Positions 59,220 to 64,000 of a stretch of 64,000 nt of DNA are shown here, one piece after another. A program made the translations under genes and the position numbers. The notes under the pieces were generated by a model. The model worked only from the letters and a program-made list of their open reading frames with translations, was not told the DNA's origin and made no database searches. The stretch comes from a virus. Lineage: Duplodnaviria > Heunggongvirae > Uroviricota > Caudoviricetes. Positions within the stretch are counted from its first letter, which is position 1, and every line of letters starts with the position of its first letter. The stretch lies in IMG/VR virus record IMGVR_UViG_3300032030_000019; one strand, 5' to 3'.

Positions 59220-60677
59220 ATGGCAACAGCTTTAATAAGGATGTTAGGGCTTCCTGTTCAAGGATATACAGCACCTCAGGTCATATGTCACGGCGATGAG
59301 CCAGAAGGATACGTTTTAGGCACGAAGGGTACTGAAAGTCAGGGGCAGGTTATAACATTTGATCAGAATGGTTTCGAAACGTACTCATCCCTTTATACGG
59401 TGAGTACGCGTAGTAAAACAGGTGCACGTGGATTTCAAGTGCAGTGTCTGTCAGACTTTGTGCCCTTACTTGGTCACAATACGTACGGTCATCACTATTA
59501 TCCTGAATGTAATGATGGTCATGTAAACGTAGCCGATACGTATGACTGTAATAAAAAGATTAACGAAGCAAACATACCATATATAAGTGGTGAGTTGGTA
59601 GCATACGGTTGTTTATCTACAGAAGTACTTCCGTTAACACACGTACCCAATACGTGTTGGACAGAAATTACATGTCACGATGGCGATAATGAGTGGTCAC
59701 GTTTATATACGGCTAACGATGCTAAGTGTCTTTATGATAACATGAATACAATTACGCATAACGGTAATACTCCATTAGTGTGTACGTATGGCGTAGGTAG
59801 TATTTATAGCTCTTCACTAGATACGCTTGCATGTCAAACTAAATTTGGTGGGCGTGACCCTCAGAACAACGGCAACGGCTATATACGTATGGCTATGTTC
59901 ACCACGGACGCATACAGTGTACCGCAGGATGAATGTGCTTCTAATCCTAGCAAAATACACATTAATTGTCCACCGGCCTCAACGATTACGATGCTTGCCC
60001 CTAATTGTGGCGAATATCTTGCTACATTTTATAAAACAGAGACGACCTATTATGTTACAGGTATTCATAAATACGATATAAATACAAACACACTTGGTCC
60101 TAATATATATATGCAATGTATTGGAGATTGGTCTTGCAACGCATTAACGGAGAAAACGTTAGAATACGATAACACACACTGTGGCACATACTGCACATTA
60201 TACAAGTGTGGTGCTGCATTATTTATCTATATGGAGATCATACCTAATACAGGGACTCTACCAAGCTTGACACCGAAATGCTGTTCAACCGTATACTGTT
60301 TTCATGGATCTGAGTTCGGTAGTGCATTTATTCATAGCATGCAATATTCAGAAGAGACATGTGGTGGTACCACCAATAAATACCTGAGTTTTTATGACAT
60401 CCCGTTAAAAGGCCACATTGACAAACAAAGCTCTGTAGTTACTGATCAGGATACCGTAGCAATCTCAGATTATGCAGAACTTCCGGAAGGAACATGTATA
60501 TGTGATCACGAGATATATCGCTTGCGTCTCGATGGAGCATTCGTAAGATCATGTCTAGAAGATATAAAACAGTACCATTGGGATACTTGTGAAAAAGTTA
60601 GCAACACAAATGTACAATCCTGTATGCACATTCAAGGAACTGATACAACTACAACAAATAACAATGGAGGAACATAA
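59220..60677 (+). CDS. Cys-rich putative tail fibre protein
   Basis: Shares KINEANIPYIS motif with the next gene. Confidence 0.55.
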   Translation: MATALIRMLGLPVQGYTAPQVICHGDEPEGYVLGTKGTESQGQVITFDQNGFETYSSLYTVSTRSKTGARGFQVQCLSDFVPLLGHNTYGHHYYPECNDGHVNVADTYDCNKKINEANIPYISGELVAYGCLSTEVLPLTHVPNTCWTEITCHDGDNEWSRLYTANDAKCLYDNMNTITHNGNTPLVCTYGVGSIYSSSLDTLACQTKFGGRDPQNNGNGYIRMAMFTTDAYSVPQDECASNPSKIHINCPPASTITMLAPNCGEYLATFYKTETTYYVTGIHKYDINTNTLGPNIYMQCIGDWSCNALTEKTLEYDNTHCGTYCTLYKCGAALFIYMEIIPNTGTLPSLTPKCCSTVYCFHGSEFGSAFIHSMQYSEETCGGTTNKYLSFYDIPLKGHIDKQSSVVTDQDTVAISDYAELPEGTCICDHEIYRLRLDGAFVRSCLEDIKQYHWDTCEKVSNTNVQSCMHIQGTDTTTTNNNGGT

Positions 60678-60679
60678 TT

Positions 60680-61477
60680 ATGGCAACACTAACTCAATCA
60701 GTACAAGCATCATGTATTAGCCAATATTTAACGAGCAACCTATACAATGCGGATGACGTTATTAACACTGGTACTTTAAGTGGCTTCAATGTTCTGACAT
60801 TTGACAATATAGGGTCGGGTGGTAATCAGGTTACATCCATACAGGCTAATTGCTTTTTGCCTATAATGTATGATACGAAATATAGCTGCAATAAAGGCTA
60901 CGTATACTACGACACTAAGTTCTACATGGCTATTGGTAGCACCCCGGCTGACACCTACACCCTTGTAGCCTGTGACAACACTAAAGCGACTTGGGCTAGT
61001 ACAAGTGGTACCTGTTGTTTCTATACATGCAACGTACCTACAGGCACAACTACAACCAACATTTACAGTGACTCAGATAAGTGCACATGTGTCGATACGT
61101 TAAGTGCTACAGATATCACAATAAACACCGTAAGTGCATGTTATGAGTGTAACCTTAAAATAAACGAGGCGAACATACCTTATATTAGTGCTGAACTCAT
61201 AACACACGGTGAGCTTCCTACAACGGTTGTACCCAAGACGGATGCGAACCTATCAGAACAAGTAGGAAGCGATGTTCCGTTAACAAAAGGTGCTGTACTC
61301 GAGACAATTCAAGGTGTAGCACGTGCGGCATACTACAACAACGGGATTTTGTCATTATGGGGTTACGGAACAGATGGCAATATGTATATCACTGATGCTA
61401 TCTCTCTAGGAGCTTCAACAGATATATCAGCAGTAACCGCAGATTTTTTCGATGATCCATATCCATTAGCGACATAA
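60680..61477 (+). CDS. Cys-rich putative tail fibre protein, paralog of 59220 gene
   Basis: YECNLKINEANIPYISAEL. Confidence 0.55.
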   Translation: MATLTQSVQASCISQYLTSNLYNADDVINTGTLSGFNVLTFDNIGSGGNQVTSIQANCFLPIMYDTKYSCNKGYVYYDTKFYMAIGSTPADTYTLVACDNTKATWASTSGTCCFYTCNVPTGTTTTNIYSDSDKCTCVDTLSATDITINTVSACYECNLKINEANIPYISAELITHGELPTTVVPKTDANLSEQVGSDVPLTKGAVLETIQGVARAAYYNNGILSLWGYGTDGNMYITDAISLGASTDISAVTADFFDDPYPLAT

Positions 61478-61493
61478 CGTGAGGTTCAATACT

Positions 61494-62447
61494 ATGGCAT
61501 CTACATACGCATACACAAAATACAACGTTGGCAGGATAAACTGCCTACGTGTGTCTTATTGTTCAATTCCATTTGCGAACTTTGATGCTAACGTTCAGGC
61601 CAAGATACGTTTAGCCATAAGTCGGTATAACAGCCAACTTATGGGACGTGATATGGACGAGGAAATTCAACTCTTGATGTGGGTACTTAAACGTACGGAC
61701 ATGTTTAAGGATCTGAATATTGATCCTCATGGTTTTATAATAAAGGTGCGTGAGACGCCCACTTCGCCTATCGGCTCTTTGGGGGTACGTGAAACGAATT
61801 ACAGGTTCAGCGTACGGTGTGACGTTAGTACGATTTACTTTGAAGACTTTGACTTATGGCGCGTACGTAACATACCCGCCCACGTAAATACGTCAGTACT
61901 ATATCACACAAGTCCGTACTCACATATCACCGAACTTTACCCATCGTATGGAGGACGTACAACAAATCATTCGGTCTATTGTGACCCACGTATTTACTGT
62001 ACGTCCGAGCCTACGACAGGTGGAGGTTGGCCCTTACTTCGAGGTGACTCAGCCAAAGCCGCTATACATAACCTCGAACGTCTTTCGTTAACGAATAAAG
62101 ACAGGGCCCGCGAACTACTAATAAAGTGGCTCGCACATACAGAAGATTTAACTATATATACGTTCCCACGTGGATCACATAAGTTATATTGGGATCCTGA
62201 AACGCCAACGGGTAACGTATTCTACATAAACACATGCGACCCCATCAACGTCAAACGTATAAACAGTGATAACTTAGTTACATATGATTACGTATATAAC
62301 AATGGCTCACTTTTGATGCGTACGTTTATGGACAAACATCCTGACATACGTGATGCGGCTCAACGTCGGGCTAACATGAAGAAGCTAACGTTTGAGGCTA
62401 ACAGATTGATCATACGTGGTCCTAAATGGAATAAGGATTACGTTTAA
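61494..62447 (+). CDS. Hypothetical protein
   Basis: GAGGT SD supports ATG 61494; Arg-rich and ACGT-dense. Confidence 0.6.
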   Translation: MASTYAYTKYNVGRINCLRVSYCSIPFANFDANVQAKIRLAISRYNSQLMGRDMDEEIQLLMWVLKRTDMFKDLNIDPHGFIIKVRETPTSPIGSLGVRETNYRFSVRCDVSTIYFEDFDLWRVRNIPAHVNTSVLYHTSPYSHITELYPSYGGRTTNHSVYCDPRIYCTSEPTTGGGWPLLRGDSAKAAIHNLERLSLTNKDRARELLIKWLAHTEDLTIYTFPRGSHKLYWDPETPTGNVFYINTCDPINVKRINSDNLVTYDYVYNNGSLLMRTFMDKHPDIRDAAQRRANMKKLTFEANRLIIRGPKWNKDYV

Positions 62448-62558
62448 GTAGGTTGCACCCGTTTCGGACATACGTCCTCATCGGTACGTATAACAGCAAG
62501 GGGACACGCATCACCGTCGAATATATGAGACGGGTGTGTCCGACAAAGGAGAACACAC

Positions 62559-63620
62559 ATGGCAGATACACAGACACCACAAAAACCTGAAACCAATACT
62601 ATTTATTACGTTATCTCTACGGAAAAACACCCTACGTATGCCGAAGATTATCAATACAGATACGTACGTAGGAGTGACACACAACCCTCCATAGATCAGG
62701 ACAAAGAACAGTTACTTAATATAGCTGTTACAAAATATCCTGATGATGGAAGCGTTCTTAATACAGATCCGTTGAGTCTTCTTGGTTGGGATCCGGATAT
62801 AAATACGTGGGGTGAATGTCAGGAATGGCCTTTTTATGATGAGTCCGTAGTAAAACAGTCCGAAATTATCTCTGGGGATATTACTGGTGGATTTGTACTT
62901 AAGACTCTGACATATTACTATCACCAAGGTAATACATACAAAGGCACAGGTGAGTATAAAGATAAAGGTTCATTTGACGCTACACTTATAGCTCCACGTT
63001 ATGGCGGTGTGATTGTAAAGGATGATAAGTACAATATTACATGGAATGAAGATAATTCTGGGTGGACAGTATCTCCTAAAGGTGGAAGTGGGGGCTCTAT
63101 AGGTCCTTTTACACAAACATACAAGGTCACTGTAAATTTAGGATCGATTCCGGAAGCTTCAGTATTGCCTTCCGTAGACACGGGCATACCCGCAAGATAT
63201 GGATACTACGAAATATCCACATCATATTCAAAGGGTGCAAGTGCAACATGGAGTGGGTCCATGAGTATCTACATAGATAAATACTGGGGTTATTCTATGT
63301 ACATACGTGGTGGCGAAGGACAGACACAATATACCAAGGAAGACATAATTAGCGTCGATTGGCATGCAGGGGCAAACAACGGAACAATTAAAGTAGCCCC
63401 ATACAGTTCTGAACTTGTAAATAAAACTATTACATTTTATATACGTTATTGGCCTACGTCATATACGATAGATGATGCTAAGGCGTATGTTAAAGAGAAC
63501 ATGCTGCAGGATTACGATATGACTGACCAAAGCGAAGGTGCAGCTGAAGTCATAGATAAAATGAGCAAACTTCTTTTACGCGTAGCACATTTCACTCTTG
63601 GCCTACATAAAACTACTTAA
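62559..63620 (+). CDS. Hypothetical beta-rich virion protein
   Basis: AAGGAG SD; G/S/T/Y-rich. Confidence 0.6.
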   Translation: MADTQTPQKPETNTIYYVISTEKHPTYAEDYQYRYVRRSDTQPSIDQDKEQLLNIAVTKYPDDGSVLNTDPLSLLGWDPDINTWGECQEWPFYDESVVKQSEIISGDITGGFVLKTLTYYYHQGNTYKGTGEYKDKGSFDATLIAPRYGGVIVKDDKYNITWNEDNSGWTVSPKGGSGGSIGPFTQTYKVTVNLGSIPEASVLPSVDTGIPARYGYYEISTSYSKGASATWSGSMSIYIDKYWGYSMYIRGGEGQTQYTKEDIISVDWHAGANNGTIKVAPYSSELVNKTITFYIRYWPTSYTIDDAKAYVKENMLQDYDMTDQSEGAAEVIDKMSKLLLRVAHFTLGLHKTT

Positions 63621-63631
63621 AAGGAGGACAT

Positions 63632-64000
63632 ATGGGAAATAGAGTACAAAACTATTTATCCGATTTAGCATATGCACTAGACTATGCTTATACAACAAAG
63701 TGCTGTAAAAAACCCTCAATATGTGATGGTCAAGCACAACGATTACAGTATGTAACAGGTAACGCCGTAAGTATTAATGGACAAAGTACGGTTGTAGCTT
63801 GCTGTAATGACGGTACAGGCTTGCATTGCGATGATTTAATAACGGCTGTACTTAACTTACGTAATCCCCAAAATCAGACTAACGTTATTGCGACGTGTAT
63901 GCGTAATACTGTCTGTGCGTATAACTGCGACGGACAATTGATTAAGGGCAGTATTGTTCAAATATCAAGTGGACAGGCAAAAGTACCAGGCACAAATGTA
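63632..64000 (+). CDS. Cys-rich putative fibre protein, truncated by the window end (MGNRVQNYLSDLAYALDYAYTTKCCKKP...)
   Basis: AAGGAGG SD, ATG 63632, open to 64000; not in the ORF track. Confidence 0.7.
   Translation, partial: MGNRVQNYLSDLAYALDYAYTTKCCKKPSICDGQAQRLQYVTGNAVSINGQSTVVACCNDGTGLHCDDLITAVLNLRNPQNQTNVIATCMRNTVCAYNCDGQLIKGSIVQISSGQAKVPGTNV

Noticed and set aside
1261-63187. Numerous minus-strand and nested ORFs in the track (e.g. 28489-29013, 48207-48716, 2636-3067, 44296-44721)
   Set aside because: They lie antisense to or within well-supported + strand genes, lack SD sites and read as shadows of biased or repetitive coding sequence
1-64000. Stop-codon reassignment, as seen in some large gut phages
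   Set aside because: Code 11 gives full-length, tightly packed genes, and TAA, TAG and TGA all occur as ordinary terminators
59220-64000. Diversity-generating retroelement acting on fibre genes
   Set aside because: No reverse transcriptase in the window and no near-identical TR/VR pair differing at adenines; the paralog similarity is protein-level
1-64000. tRNA or rRNA genes
   Set aside because: No cloverleaf or T-loop signature recognised in the few intergenic gaps; not checked with tRNAscan

Overview
A 64 kb virion-morphogenesis region of a large contractile-tailed (myovirus-like) dsDNA phage. It reads in standard code 11 and almost entirely on the + strand, after a ~0.9 kb divergent intergenic region. 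The head module (~2-32.5 kb) holds a T4 gp23-like major capsid gene split by a group I intron (7875-9639; splice sites fixed by P1 and P10 pairings; HNH-type ORF inside), portal, prohead protease, scaffold, two neck proteins and terminase large subunit. These are interleaved with about 25 unusual accessory genes. The tail module (32.5-64 kb) has two sheath paralogs, tube, chaperone, tape measure, baseplate and several cysteine-rich fibre-like proteins. The main candidate for an undescribed system is a capsid-cargo code. Sixteen accessory head-region genes start with a short Tyr-rich leader ending in Phe plus a small residue (e.g. MNYIEYTF-S, MKIYTYVGF-N). The same aromatic-x-F/Y-S motif is repeated through the scaffold, the protease tail and the capsid propeptide, and sits at junctions of modular (polyprotein-like) cargo genes. 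The putative cargo includes LRAT-like enzymes, HExxH zinc peptidases, glycine-zipper and 11-mer amphipathic proteins, and possibly a DPS-like ferritin. The 4-mer ACGT is also conspicuously and patchily enriched. All assignments come from motif recognition by eye; no database search was run.
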